From Sutterella sp. (GTDB lineage Bacteria > Pseudomonadota > Gammaproteobacteria > Burkholderiales > Burkholderiaceae_F), in the NCBI GenBank assembly GCA_017936545.1, contig JAGBFJ010000059.1, forward strand, positions 18,958 through 82,957: DNA of 64,000 nt, given 5' to 3'. A program made the translations under genes and the position numbers. The number at the start of each line of letters is the position of its first letter. Position 1 is the first letter of the stretch. The notes beneath the pieces are model-generated. The model ran no database searches, was not told where the DNA came from, and was given only the letters and a program-made list of their open reading frames with translations. Below, in pieces: positions 20,404 through 30,094 of the stretch.

Positions 20404-21219
20404 ATGAAGTTCACCGAAATGCTGAGCGAGCGCTGGCAGAACGCCGATTCGCTCCTCTGCGTGGGTCTTGACCCGAACCCGACCCGCTTTCCGCACGAAC
20501 TCGCCGGCCGTGAAGGCGCATTTTTTGATTTCTGCCGCGGCATCGTCGACGCCACAGCGGATCTCGTCTGCGCGTTCAAGCCCCAGATCGCCTACTTCGC
20601 CTCCTGCGGCGCCGAAGACGAACTCAAGGCCGTCATCGACTACATTCACGACAACTATCCGAAGGTACCCGTCATTCTCGACGCCAAGCGCGGCGACATC
20701 GGATCGACGGCCGAGCACTACGCCCGCGAAGCCTTTGAACGCTACGAAGCGGACTGTGTGACGCTCTCTCCCTTCATGGGTTTCGACACCATCAAGCCCT
20801 ACCTTGCCTACGCCGAAAAGGGCGCCTTCATTCTCTGCCGCACCTCGAATCCCGGCGGCGACGACATTCAGATGCTCGAAGTGAACGGCGAACGCATCTA
20901 CGAACGTCTCGCCCGTCTTGCTTCTTCCGAATGGAATCTCTCGGGCGAACTCGGTCTCGTGGTCGGCGCGACCTATCCGGCCGAGCTCGCCAACGTCCGC
21001 CGCATCGCGCCATCTCTTCCGCTTCTCGTTCCCGGCATCGGCGCTCAGGGCGGCGACATTGACGCCTGCGTGAAGGCCGGCGTCACCGCCGGCGGCACGG
21101 GAATGGTCATCAATTCCGGCCGCGCCATCATCTACGCAAGCCGCGAAGACGACTGGAAGGAAGCCGCGCGGCGCGCAGCCGCTGCTACCCGCGACGCCAT
21201 CAATGCTGCCCGCCATTAA
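20404..21219 (+). CDS. pyrF: Orotidine-5'-phosphate decarboxylase
   Basis: LCVGLDP, FKPQIAYF, ILDAKRGDIGST, LCRTSN, LVPGIGAQGG. Confidence 0.96.
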   Translation: MKFTEMLSERWQNADSLLCVGLDPNPTRFPHELAGREGAFFDFCRGIVDATADLVCAFKPQIAYFASCGAEDELKAVIDYIHDNYPKVPVILDAKRGDIGSTAEHYAREAFERYEADCVTLSPFMGFDTIKPYLAYAEKGAFILCRTSNPGGDDIQMLEVNGERIYERLARLASSEWNLSGELGLVVGATYPAELANVRRIAPSLPLLVPGIGAQGGDIDACVKAGVTAGGTGMVINSGRAIIYASREDDWKEAARRAAAATRDAINAARH

Positions 21220-21246
21220 GTCGAGTTAAGAAAACTCTCCTCTTGG

Positions 21247-21272
21247 AAAAGCGTCCTCCGGGGCGCTTTTTC
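21247..21272 (+). terminator. pyrF terminator
   Basis: AAAAGCGTCC TCC GGGGCGCTTTTT. Confidence 0.7.
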
Positions 21273-21341
21273 GTCTTTCTCAGAAATCATTTTCATTTCG
21301 CGAACAAGATCCTCTCCCATTCTGTTCGGTTTTCACGGTTC

Positions 21342-21640
21342 GGATTTCATGGCATCATCGGCCGCACCACTACCGCCGAAAAGCTCTGGTGCTGACATTG
21401 ATCATCGGCTGACCTGATCAGCGCACGGCGCGCATTTCACCGGCACGGCAACCGCGGTTTCGCCTGCTCCGTCTGTCACGGCAGCATGGCCAAAGTCGCC
21501 GCCAAAACCGACAAGAACGAATCACCCCCCACGACTCCCATGTCGAGGGCGCCAAATGCCTCGAATGCTACAAGGGCCACAAAAAGCCTCAGCTGCTCTG
21601 CGATCAGTGCCGCGAATTCACCAAGATCCGCGTGCCCTGA
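21342..21640 (+). pseudogene. Decayed multiheme cytochrome c3-like gene, preceded by a probable flavoprotein C-terminal remnant
   Basis: Frame-shifted translation: RHGNRGFACSVCHGSMAKVAAKTDKNE / PHDSHVEGAKCLECYKGHKKPQLLCDQCREFTKIRVP*. Upstream fragment GIIGRTTTAEKLWC*. Confidence 0.75.
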
Positions 21641-21658
21641 TCCGGTTTTCTCCCTGAT

Positions 21659-21698
21659 GAAAAACCGCGCCGTTCGTCTCCTCCGGCGCGGTTTTTCA
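21659..21698. terminator. Bidirectional terminator
   Basis: GAAAAACCGCGCCG...CGGCGCGGTTTTTC. Confidence 0.75.
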
Positions 21699-21721
21699 CA
21701 TTTCATCGGCGACTCCGCCGA

Positions 21722-22954
21722 TCAGAGCGGCTTTCCGTTGGCAACCACGCCGTCCTCGCGAATCTCGATGTGCGACGTCAGCCGTCCGTCATTCTCTTTG
21801 AGCAGACCTTCATCCCGGTACAGTTTCAGTTCGCTCTCGATGTCGGGCAGTCCTGCCGCAGCCTTGGGATCAATCGAGAGGGCCAAAGCGCCGAATCTCT
21901 CCGCCGTGCGGGCAAGCCGCCCTGTGAGCTCGGCCCGGCCGCCGTTTCTCGCGAGCAGCGCTTCATCCAGCTCAAGCACGAGTCCGCGGTTCATGAAAGC
22001 GTCTTCCAGACGGGCCAGCGCGGAAAAGCCTTCGCCGGCCGCACTCTCCGCGGCAACGCCCGCCGCGAGCTCTTCCTCGACATTGAGAAGGCGCAGCTGC
22101 AGCGAGCCCTTGTCGAGCACCGTTTCACCGTCAAGCTTGAGGGACGTCACCGTCAGTCCGTAGCCGAAATCGAAAATCTTCGGCTGCTTCTCCGCCGGCG
22201 CGGTCTTGTCCGCCTTGCTCCGATCAGCCTTCTCTGCCGTCTGCTTTGCCGGTCCGCCGGATGCCGCGAACGTCAGTTCCGTCATTTCCACAGACGTTTC
22301 CGACGATCGGTAAATCATCTCCGACGATCTCAGATCGAGCGCAAAAGTTTCGCCTTCGTTCTTCGCCCGATAATCCGCATCGGCGGAAGCAATCGAAAGC
22401 TCTTCCCCCTCCGCCTCGCAGCGCATGCCGTCCCAGTGCAGCGCCGCGGAGGCAAAGTCGGCGCCGCCCTTGAGCGTCACCGCGCCCACGCTGCAGTGCA
22501 GACCGTCCTCTCCTTTCAGGCCGAAAGGCTTCAGCTTCCAGTCATAGCGGATCTCCCGCCCGGTCGCGTCAGCAGTCACGGTCAGCTCGTCGCCGAGCCC
22601 CTCAATGCCTTCCGCCCGAAGAGCTTCGGCCGCCTCCTTATCCGGATCGAACCTCAGGACGGCTTTCGAGCCGAAGCCGAATTCCGCGCGGCCCGTCCAG
22701 CGGAGCTTCACGCCCGGCGAAGCCACGGAAAGCGACAGCCCTCGGCCTGCGAAGCTTCGATCTGTTTCTTCGGCTGCGATCGTAAGTCCGGCCCGCGCGC
22801 CTTCCTCGGAAAGACGCTTGGCGAAATCGGCGAAGCGCGCATCAAAAACCGTGCCTTCCCAGTACACGAAGCCCGCGGCAGCGGCGGCCGCAAGCACCGC
22901 AGCGCCTGCTGCGGCGCCGGCCAGACGGCCTCTCTTGGCATGTTGTTCCGTCAT
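21722..22954 (-). CDS. Membrane-anchored periplasmic protein, possibly DUF945/YdgA-like
   Basis: N-terminal hydrophobic anchor, beta-rich body, C-terminal 'VVANGKPL' resembling YdgA ends. The family call is tentative. Confidence 0.55.
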   Translation of the reverse strand: MTEQHAKRGRLAGAAAGAAVLAAAAAAGFVYWEGTVFDARFADFAKRLSEEGARAGLTIAAEETDRSFAGRGLSLSVASPGVKLRWTGRAEFGFGSKAVLRFDPDKEAAEALRAEGIEGLGDELTVTADATGREIRYDWKLKPFGLKGEDGLHCSVGAVTLKGGADFASAALHWDGMRCEAEGEELSIASADADYRAKNEGETFALDLRSSEMIYRSSETSVEMTELTFAASGGPAKQTAEKADRSKADKTAPAEKQPKIFDFGYGLTVTSLKLDGETVLDKGSLQLRLLNVEEELAAGVAAESAAGEGFSALARLEDAFMNRGLVLELDEALLARNGGRAELTGRLARTAERFGALALSIDPKAAAGLPDIESELKLYRDEGLLKENDGRLTSHIEIREDGVVANGKPL

Positions 22955-23056
22955 CAGTCATCCTTAGGAAAAAGTGCGTCTGTTCAGTTATACACGTTTC
23001 CCGAGTCAAAACGGGCGGCACGCGGCCGCCCGTCCGTATTCCGGCGAAACAGCCGC

Positions 23057-24388
23057 TTAATCGGCGCCGTGTCCGCCGTTCGCATCGGCTTGCGGCTCGG
23101 GCTCCCGCACGGCCAGCACCTTGTCGACGCGGCGTCCGTCCATGTCGACGACTTCGAGCCTCCAGCCGCTCCAGACGGCCGTATCGCCCTCCTTCGGCAG
23201 TCTGGCCAAAAGAAGCATCATCATGCCGGCGAGCGTGTTGTAGCGCCCGAACTCTTCTTCAGGCACGCTACGGATGCCGAGGACGTCCTTGAATTCGGGC
23301 ACGGGAATCATGCCGTCCAGAAGCAGGGAGCCGTCTTCGCGCCTGGCGACCCAGGCGTCCCCCGGCGTCTCGGGCTTGAATTCGCCCGCAATGGCCTCCA
23401 GCAGATCGCGGGGCGTCACAATGCCCTGCACTTCGCCGTATTCGTCTACGACCAGCGCGACCGGCGTATCCGTCTTTCGGAAGTTTTCCAGAAGCTCCAT
23501 GCCGTTGAGCGACTCGGGCACATACACGAGCGGCAGCAGATTGGCCCGAAAGTCGGCCTTGCCGTCCTTCATCACCTGCTGCAGCAGCGAACAGGTCGAA
23601 CAGAAGCCCTTCACGTCGTCGAGGCTGCCCTCGCAGACCGGCAGACGGGAACGCTTGGATACACGCAGCTTTTCGATATTGACCTCAATCGGATCCTCCA
23701 GATCGATCCACTCGATGTCCGCTCTCGGCGTCATGAGCGATCCGACCTGACGGTCGTCGAGCCGGAAGACGTTTCGCACCATGTCGCGCTCCGCCGTTTC
23801 GATGACGCCCGTTTCCTCGCCCTCGTCGATCATGGCGTGAATTTCTTCTTCAGTCACCTGAGCCTGACGGCTCGTATCTACGCGAAGAAGCTTCAGAATG
23901 CCGGACGTCGACACGCTCAGCAGCTTCACGAAGGGCGCCGCCAGCACTGAAAGCGCATGAAGAATCGGCGAAACGCGGCAAGCGAGGCGCTCGGGATCCG
24001 TCTGACCCACGCGCTTGGGCACCAGTTCGCCCAGAACAATCGAGAAATAGGTCAGCAGAACGACGACGAGCACGATGCCGCAGGCCGATGCCGTTTCACG
24101 GCCGACGCCGAGCGTCATCAGCCATTCCGCGACCGGCTGGGCCAGTGCCGATTCACCGAAAATACCGGAAAGAAGACCGATGGAAGTAATGCCCACCTGA
24201 ATGGTGGAAAGGGCGCGGTTGGGGTCCGCGTTCAGATCCGCGGCGCGCCTTGCGCCCGGCGTATTGTCCTGCGCCATGCGCTGCAGGCGGGCGCGGCGGC
24301 TTGCGATAAGAGCGACCTCGCTCATGGCGAAGGCGCCGTTCATACCAATGAGAATGACGAGAATGCCGATATCAATCCAGCTTGACAT
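23057..24388 (-). CDS. CNNM-CBS-CorC (hemolysin/YtfL-type) membrane protein
   Basis: FAMSEVAL, STIQVGIT, GELVPKR, MTPR, SRLPV, VVDEYG, YNTLAG, DMDGRRVDKV. Confidence 0.92.
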   Translation of the reverse strand: MSSWIDIGILVILIGMNGAFAMSEVALIASRRARLQRMAQDNTPGARRAADLNADPNRALSTIQVGITSIGLLSGIFGESALAQPVAEWLMTLGVGRETASACGIVLVVVLLTYFSIVLGELVPKRVGQTDPERLACRVSPILHALSVLAAPFVKLLSVSTSGILKLLRVDTSRQAQVTEEEIHAMIDEGEETGVIETAERDMVRNVFRLDDRQVGSLMTPRADIEWIDLEDPIEVNIEKLRVSKRSRLPVCEGSLDDVKGFCSTCSLLQQVMKDGKADFRANLLPLVYVPESLNGMELLENFRKTDTPVALVVDEYGEVQGIVTPRDLLEAIAGEFKPETPGDAWVARREDGSLLLDGMIPVPEFKDVLGIRSVPEEEFGRYNTLAGMMMLLLARLPKEGDTAVWSGWRLEVVDMDGRRVDKVLAVREPEPQADANGGHGAD

Positions 24389-24526
24389 AGTGTGTGGCAG
24401 CGTCCGATTTCAGGGGCTTCGGAACTCCCTCTTTCAGCCGCTTCCGCAGTGAAAATCCCGTTTTATTATTGCAGGACGGGATGACGTTTCCATGACATTT
24501 CCGAACGATTGTTTTGCCAAACGTAA

Positions 24527-24559
24527 AAAGGGAGAGCGCCCTCTCGAACGCTCTCCCTG
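24527..24559 (-). terminator. Terminator after the divergent CNNM pair
   Basis: AAAAGGGAGAGCG...CGCTCTCCCT. Confidence 0.7.
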
Positions 24560-24598
24560 AAGTCTTTCGGCAGCATCCGCCGGCCCGGGGCCGGACGG

Positions 24599-25942
24599 TT
24601 ACTTCTTCTTTTTGCCGAAGTCGATCGCCACGAAGCGCAGACGCTTGATGTGCTGGCGGTCGGCGTCGAGCACGCGCACGACGAAGTCTTCCGTGCGGAA
24701 TTCGTCGCCCGGCACGGGCATGCGGCCGGCGAGCTTCATCACCAGGCCGGCGCCCGTCGTGAAGTCTTCGGCTTCGATGTCGCAGTCGAGCTCGTCTTCG
24801 ATTTCGCGGACGTCGATGCGGGCGTCGCAGTCGAAGACGTTGGGCGCAATGCGGTCGACGTCGGAGAAGCGTTCCTTGTCCCGGGTGTTGTTCACCCAGC
24901 CCGCCACGGAAAGCACCAGGTCTTCATAGGTGACCAGACCCAGAATGCCGCCGAATTCGTTGATCACGAACGCCGGTGCGCGGTTGCGGCTGCGGAAGGC
25001 GTCGTGCAGCCCCTTGAGCGTCATCGTGTCGGGCACGAAGAGAATGTCGCGGATCATGAAGCGCTCCACGCTCTCTCTGGAATTTTCAGCCGTCGGAAGA
25101 CCGCCGAGCTTCTCGGTGATGACATGGAGGCCGATCACGCCGAGCACTTCGTCGATGCGGTTGCGGTACACAGGCAGCCACTGGAAACCCGTCAGCGAAG
25201 AGATGCGCTCCACTTCGGAAATCGGCGCGCCGATCTGCACCGACTGAATATTGACGAGCGGAACCATGATCGACGTCACGGGCTTTTCGTTCATGTCGAG
25301 CGCCGACTGAAGCATATCGCCCACGTCGCCCTTCACCACGCCCTGCTCTTCCATAGTTTCGGCAAGAATGCGAAGGTCGTCGCGGGTGATCACCTGCTTG
25401 CGCTTCGAGCTGACGCCGAGGTAACGGATGATTCGGCGGGAGGATTCCATGATCACGCCGACGGGCATCACGCAGCGGAAGATCTGTTCGCTCAGCTTCA
25501 GCGGACCCGCGAAGACGAGGGCAAGACGGTTGCCGTGCGTGCGCGCGATGGCCTTGGGCAGAATTTCCGCGAAGATGAGACCGACGGCCGTCACGATCAC
25601 GGACGTGATGAGTTCGTCCCAGCTGTCGGTGCTCGAGCCGCCGAGTGCCGTGATGAAACGGCGGAAGGCTTCGCTCGTCGTGATCCAGGAGGCAATTGCT
25701 ACCTGAAAGACCGTGACGAGACTCACGTTCCAGACGTTGGCGTTCAGAAGCGACGTCAGCAGGAAGTTTTCCGGATTCTCCATGAAGTAGAGAGCCGTTT
25801 TCGCACGCTTGTCGCCCTTTTCCGCCTGCTCGCGGATCCAGGCGGCGTTGGCCGACGTAAAGGCGGTTTCGGCGCAGTTGGCAAAAGCCAGAAGCGCCAG
25901 CAGCACGAAGCAGATCAGGGAGCTGAGAATAAGGCCGATCAT
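24599..25942 (-). CDS. Divergent CNNM-CBS-CorC protein (CorB family)
   Basis: FANCAETAF, FAEILPKAI, IMVPL, WLPVY, VINEFGG, FTTGAG. Confidence 0.85.
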   Translation of the reverse strand: MIGLILSSLICFVLLALLAFANCAETAFTSANAAWIREQAEKGDKRAKTALYFMENPENFLLTSLLNANVWNVSLVTVFQVAIASWITTSEAFRRFITALGGSSTDSWDELITSVIVTAVGLIFAEILPKAIARTHGNRLALVFAGPLKLSEQIFRCVMPVGVIMESSRRIIRYLGVSSKRKQVITRDDLRILAETMEEQGVVKGDVGDMLQSALDMNEKPVTSIMVPLVNIQSVQIGAPISEVERISSLTGFQWLPVYRNRIDEVLGVIGLHVITEKLGGLPTAENSRESVERFMIRDILFVPDTMTLKGLHDAFRSRNRAPAFVINEFGGILGLVTYEDLVLSVAGWVNNTRDKERFSDVDRIAPNVFDCDARIDVREIEDELDCDIEAEDFTTGAGLVMKLAGRMPVPGDEFRTEDFVVRVLDADRQHIKRLRFVAIDFGKKKK

Positions 25943-27069
25943 TTCTTGTCTCCCTTTCGCGTGGCGCCGACGACGCCTTCGAGAATGCGTTCAAGCGTCA
26001 GGATGCCGATTTCGCGGCCGTCGACGTCTTCGACGATCACGATCTTCCAGGGCTGGTCGCGCATCTGCGACAGCAGCCATTCAACGCGCACTTCGTCGCT
26101 GATCTTCTTGGGCGGATAAAGCGGCGACGTCACTTCATCGTCGTCCTCGTCCGTCAGATCAAGCGCCGAGAGCGGCTTGTCACCGATCGTGCTCACCCAG
26201 CGCGGATAGTCCGTAAAGCACATCGCGCCGCGCACGCGGCCCTGATGAGAAACCGCGACGTACTTGCCCGGAATGCGGCGGGCCTGATCATAGGCTTCGC
26301 GCACGGACGTGGAGTCGTCGATCATCACGGCTTCCGACAGCGGAATCATGATGTCGCGCACGCGGAGCATGTCGAACTGAATGATGCTTTCCAGCAGCTG
26401 CAGCTCCTCCTTGCTCGTCGAACCGGACTGGGCTCCGCCGTGCAGCGTCGCAGCGATTTCCGTACGGCTCAGCACTTCCGACTCACCCTTGTCGGTATCC
26501 ATCTTGAGAAGCTTCTGCAGGAACTTGCAGATCATTTCAAGCACCCAGACGATCGGCAGAATCAGACGGCTCAGGTACTTGAGCGGCAGCGCCGCGATGC
26601 GCGCCATCGTCGTCGCGTTGCCGTAGGCAACGGACTTCGGCGTCAGTTCGCCCATGATGATCAGTGCGGGCGTCACGAGCGCAATGTTGAGAATCGTGCT
26701 GAAGAGCCCCGACACGCTGCCGAGCTGCTCGGGCTCAAAACTGAAGCCGAGATACTGCAGGGCCGGGAGCACCGTCATGAAGAAGAAGCCGTTGTCGCCT
26801 CTCGAGCCCATGCAGAGCATGGAAAGAAGCGAAGCGCAGATGGCGGTGAGGAGCACGTTCACGAACATGTTCCCGACGAGAATAACCGAGAGCAGGCGCT
26901 GCGGGTTCGACACGAGCATGCAGATCACTTTGTCGAGCGCATTGCCCTTCTTCATTCGGGCGAGCTGCGACGCGCTCAGAGACATCAGAGCTGTTTCGGA
27001 GGCGGAGAAGAACGCCGAAAAGCCCATGAGAATGACGAGGTAAAGCAGTGAAGAAAGTATTTCTTGCAT
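25939..27069 (-). CDS. Divergent CNNM-CBS protein lacking a CorC domain
   Basis: FFSASETAL, ILVGNMFVN, GELTPKS, VRDIMIP, GILTLERILE. ATGA overlap with the next gene. Confidence 0.85.
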   Translation of the reverse strand: MQEILSSLLYLVILMGFSAFFSASETALMSLSASQLARMKKGNALDKVICMLVSNPQRLLSVILVGNMFVNVLLTAICASLLSMLCMGSRGDNGFFFMTVLPALQYLGFSFEPEQLGSVSGLFSTILNIALVTPALIIMGELTPKSVAYGNATTMARIAALPLKYLSRLILPIVWVLEMICKFLQKLLKMDTDKGESEVLSRTEIAATLHGGAQSGSTSKEELQLLESIIQFDMLRVRDIMIPLSEAVMIDDSTSVREAYDQARRIPGKYVAVSHQGRVRGAMCFTDYPRWVSTIGDKPLSALDLTDEDDDEVTSPLYPPKKISDEVRVEWLLSQMRDQPWKIVIVEDVDGREIGILTLERILEGVVGATRKGDKK

Positions 27070-27353
27070 AGGCGACTTCTCAATTATTCGATTCCTTTAT
27101 TACTTGAGAAGCTCCGGAAGAGGAAGAGAAGGTGATGAAGGGATGATTATCAGCGAGCCGGCATCGTCCGTGACTCCGACCGCGGATGCGTTGCATAGAA
27201 GATACACAGAGAAAAATTGATAATACTTCAGTATATCACTACTTTGCGATATACCCTGACGCCGGGGAGTCCTCTTGAGACGACCGTCAGCCGGATCATC
27301 CTCATAAATAAAACGCGCCCGTCTGAAGAACGGGCGCGCAGGTCGGAAACGGC

Positions 27354-27893
27354 TCAGTATTCGCAGGGCATGACGGCCGGATTGCCGAAGCGGATGAGCT
27401 CCGCAAGACCGAGAAGCGCCGTCAGAACCGCCTGCTGGCGGACAATGCGGCGGGTTCCGGGCACATGAATCGTCCGCGAGCAGGTCACGATGTGCTCGTT
27501 GAAGCGTTCCGCCCAGCCGATCGCCACGGTGCCGACGGGCACGTCCGGCGTGCCGCCGCCGGGACCGGCAATGCCGGTGATGCCGACGGCAAGCGTCGCA
27601 CGGGGACTGCAGGCGAGAGCGCCGCGGGCCATGGCCTGAGCCACGGGCTCGCTCACGATGCCCTCCTTTTCGATCATGTTGAGCGCTACGTCGAGGTAAA
27701 CGGCTTTGGAAAGGGCCGTGTAGGTCACGAACCCTCCCTCAAACCACTCGGAGCTGCCGGGAATCTCCGTCATGGCCGCGGCCAGACTGCCGCCCGTGCA
27801 GCTTTCGGCCGTCACCACCCGGTGACGCCGCTCGGAGGCCGCCGCAGCGAGTTCCGCCGCAGCCTGCGCAATGCGTTCCTCAAGACCGGTCAT
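27354..27893 (-). CDS. pncC: CinA C-terminal domain / NMN deamidase
   Basis: TAESCTGG, PGSSEWF, ITGIAGPGGG..PVGTV. Confidence 0.88.
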   Translation of the reverse strand: MTGLEERIAQAAAELAAAASERRHRVVTAESCTGGSLAAAMTEIPGSSEWFEGGFVTYTALSKAVYLDVALNMIEKEGIVSEPVAQAMARGALACSPRATLAVGITGIAGPGGGTPDVPVGTVAIGWAERFNEHIVTCSRTIHVPGTRRIVRQQAVLTALLGLAELIRFGNPAVMPCEY

Positions 27894-27912
27894 ATTCTTA
27901 TTCCGCCAGGAT

Positions 27913-28431
27913 TCAGCCGAAGAGCCAGCCGAGAATGCTGACCACAACCCAGGCATAGAAAGCCGCCACGATGTCGTCGGCCATGACGCCGGCGCCGTTC
28001 TTCATCTTTTCGTCGATGATGTCAACGGGCGGCAGCTTCACGATGTCGAAGAAGCGGAAGGCGACGAAGCCGGCCACCCACCAGGCGATGCCGTGAGGAA
28101 GGAAAGCGTAGAGCAGCCAGATGCCGACCACTTCATCGACGACGACGCTCTTATGATCGCTGACGCCCAGATCGCGCGCCACCTTGTCGGCCGCCCAGAT
28201 GCCGGCAAACAGAAGCGCCAGCGCGAGCACGACCCAGCCCGCCGCCGGGATCGAGGGCGAGAGCACGATGTAGGCGAGCGCGCCCGCCAGCGTGCCGTAG
28301 GTGCCGGGCGCCTTCGAGGGCAGTCCGGCGCCGAAGAAGGCGGCGATCATATGCGCGGGATGCGACCACACGAAGCGCGAGGTAATTTCAATCTGATTGG
28401 CGGGATTGGAGTCGTCGTATTTCGTCAGCAT
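27913..28431 (-). CDS. pgpA: Phosphatidylglycerophosphatase A
   Basis: APGTYGT, VVVDEVVG, FRFFDIVK, GVMADD. Confidence 0.95.
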   Translation of the reverse strand: MLTKYDDSNPANQIEITSRFVWSHPAHMIAAFFGAGLPSKAPGTYGTLAGALAYIVLSPSIPAAGWVVLALALLFAGIWAADKVARDLGVSDHKSVVVDEVVGIWLLYAFLPHGIAWWVAGFVAFRFFDIVKLPPVDIIDEKMKNGAGVMADDIVAAFYAWVVVSILGWLFG

Positions 28432-28483
28432 GCTTTGTTATTCCTCAGTGACGTTTCCGGGGGTCGGGAACTTACAGGTGCTT

Positions 28484-29482
28484 TCAGCCGGCAAAGTGAT
28501 CAAAACCGCCGACGGCCGTCGAAACGACTGCACCGCTTTCTGTACGTACAGTGAGATTATCGCCTGTAATGCCTTCCGTTACCTTACCAATACGGGTTAG
28601 TCTCGTGTCGGTGAGAAGCCCCGCCTGTTCGATGCGAAGCCGTGCGGATTCGGGAGCCGTGAAAACCAGTTCGTAGTCGTCGCCGCCGGAAAGCGCCGCC
28701 TCCTGCTGCGCCTTCACCGACAGCGAGCGCAGCGCCGGCGAAATCGGCACCGCCTCCCAGCGCAGGTCGGCGCCGACGCCGCTTCGTTCGAGTATATGGC
28801 CGAGATCGGCGCGAAGGCCGTCGGAAATGTCCGAGCAGGCCGTCGCCAGATCAAGCAGGGCGGAACCCAGAGCGAGTCTCGGCGTCGGCCGGTCCATGCG
28901 GGCGAAAAGCGCCTCTGCCGCATCGGGCATCAGCTGCCAGTGCCCCCAGCGGTGCTTGAGCGCCGCATAGGCATCGCCGACGGTTCCCGAGACCCAGATG
29001 TCGTCGCCCGGTCTGGCGCCCTTTCTCATCAGGCCCTTGCCCGCAGGAAGAGCTCCCATCGCCGTAATCGAAATCGTGACCGGCGCGCGCGTGCCGTTCA
29101 CGTCTGCCGTTCTCGTCGTATCGCCGCCCAGCAGCGCGCAGCCCGTCTCCGCAGCCAGCGCCATCAGACCCCGGGAAAATCCCTCCAGCCAGGCGTCGTC
29201 ACGCTCGGGAAGACCGATCGACAGAAAAAACGCCCGCGGCGACGCGCCGGCAGCCGCCAGATCGGAAAGATTGACCGCGAGCGCCTTCCAGCCGATGTCC
29301 TCCGGACGGGCCGTCGGCAGAAAATGCGTTCCGACCGCCATCATGTCGGTCGTGACCGCAATGCGTCCGGCGCCCGTGTCGATGATCGCGCAGTCGTCGC
29401 CCACGCCCTGGCTCTGCCATTCGCCGAAGGCATCATGCGTGAAGAAGCGGTCGATAATCTGAAACTCTCCGGTACGGCTCAT
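28484..29482 (-). CDS. thiL: Thiamine-monophosphate kinase
   Basis: GEFQII, GVGDDCA, NLSDLAA, GGDT, DISDGL, GGDDYEL. Confidence 0.95.
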   Translation of the reverse strand: MSRTGEFQIIDRFFTHDAFGEWQSQGVGDDCAIIDTGAGRIAVTTDMMAVGTHFLPTARPEDIGWKALAVNLSDLAAAGASPRAFFLSIGLPERDDAWLEGFSRGLMALAAETGCALLGGDTTRTADVNGTRAPVTISITAMGALPAGKGLMRKGARPGDDIWVSGTVGDAYAALKHRWGHWQLMPDAAEALFARMDRPTPRLALGSALLDLATACSDISDGLRADLGHILERSGVGADLRWEAVPISPALRSLSVKAQQEAALSGGDDYELVFTAPESARLRIEQAGLLTDTRLTRIGKVTEGITGDNLTVRTESGAVVSTAVGGFDHFAG

Positions 29483-29586
29483 TTCCGTCTTTCCTTCCTC
29501 AAAAACAAGGGCCGTCTCCTTCGGACGAAGGAACGGCCCGGGCATCAGTACCTGGGACGGCTCGGCGTCCCGCGGGTCTGATTGTA

Positions 29587-30084
29587 TTACTGTGCGGCGG
29601 TCTCGTCGGGACGCACTTCGCGCGCGACCTTTTCGAGCACGGCATTCGTGATGCGGTAGCCGCTGCCGAACTGCTTGGCAAGCTCGACGGATTCGTTGAG
29701 CACCACGCGCCACGGCGTTTCCGGGCAGGCGAGAAGCTCATAGGCGCCGATATAGAGCACGGCGCGCTCGACCATCGAAACTCGGGAGAGCTCGCGGTCG
29801 ACATGATGCGTCAGGATCTCGGCCACTTCCGCGTTGCGGTCAAGCACGCCGGCGAGAAGCTTCGAGAAGAGCGCCTTGTCGGCCCTGTCGAAGTCGCTCG
29901 GACGAATGTCGCAGCCCTCGAGCTGCTCGCCTTCGTCGTGCAGCAGACCGGAAAGATGCGCTTCGATGCCGGCATAGTCCTGCGTCGGATCGGCAAGCCA
30001 CTGATAAAGTCCGAGCAGCACGAAGACGCGGGCGAGATGGCGCGCGGAATGCGGCTGACGGTGACCTTCTTTGCGTTCAGTCAT
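29587..30084 (-). CDS. nusB: Transcription antitermination factor
   Basis: VERAVL..GAYEL, VVLNESVELAKQFG, NAVLE; downstream of ribH. Confidence 0.93.
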   Translation of the reverse strand: MTERKEGHRQPHSARHLARVFVLLGLYQWLADPTQDYAGIEAHLSGLLHDEGEQLEGCDIRPSDFDRADKALFSKLLAGVLDRNAEVAEILTHHVDRELSRVSMVERAVLYIGAYELLACPETPWRVVLNESVELAKQFGSGYRITNAVLEKVAREVRPDETAAQ

Positions 30085-30094
30085 CGGTAGTCCT

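Noticed and set aside
21486-22163. 225-aa plus-strand ORF
   Set aside because: Its first residues belong to the cytochrome pseudogene; the rest is read-through past a frameshift, antisense to a real gene.
27311-27338. CCCGTCTGAA resembling the Neisseria DNA uptake sequence
   Set aside because: Imperfect, isolated and inside a terminator hairpin; no visible enrichment in the window.
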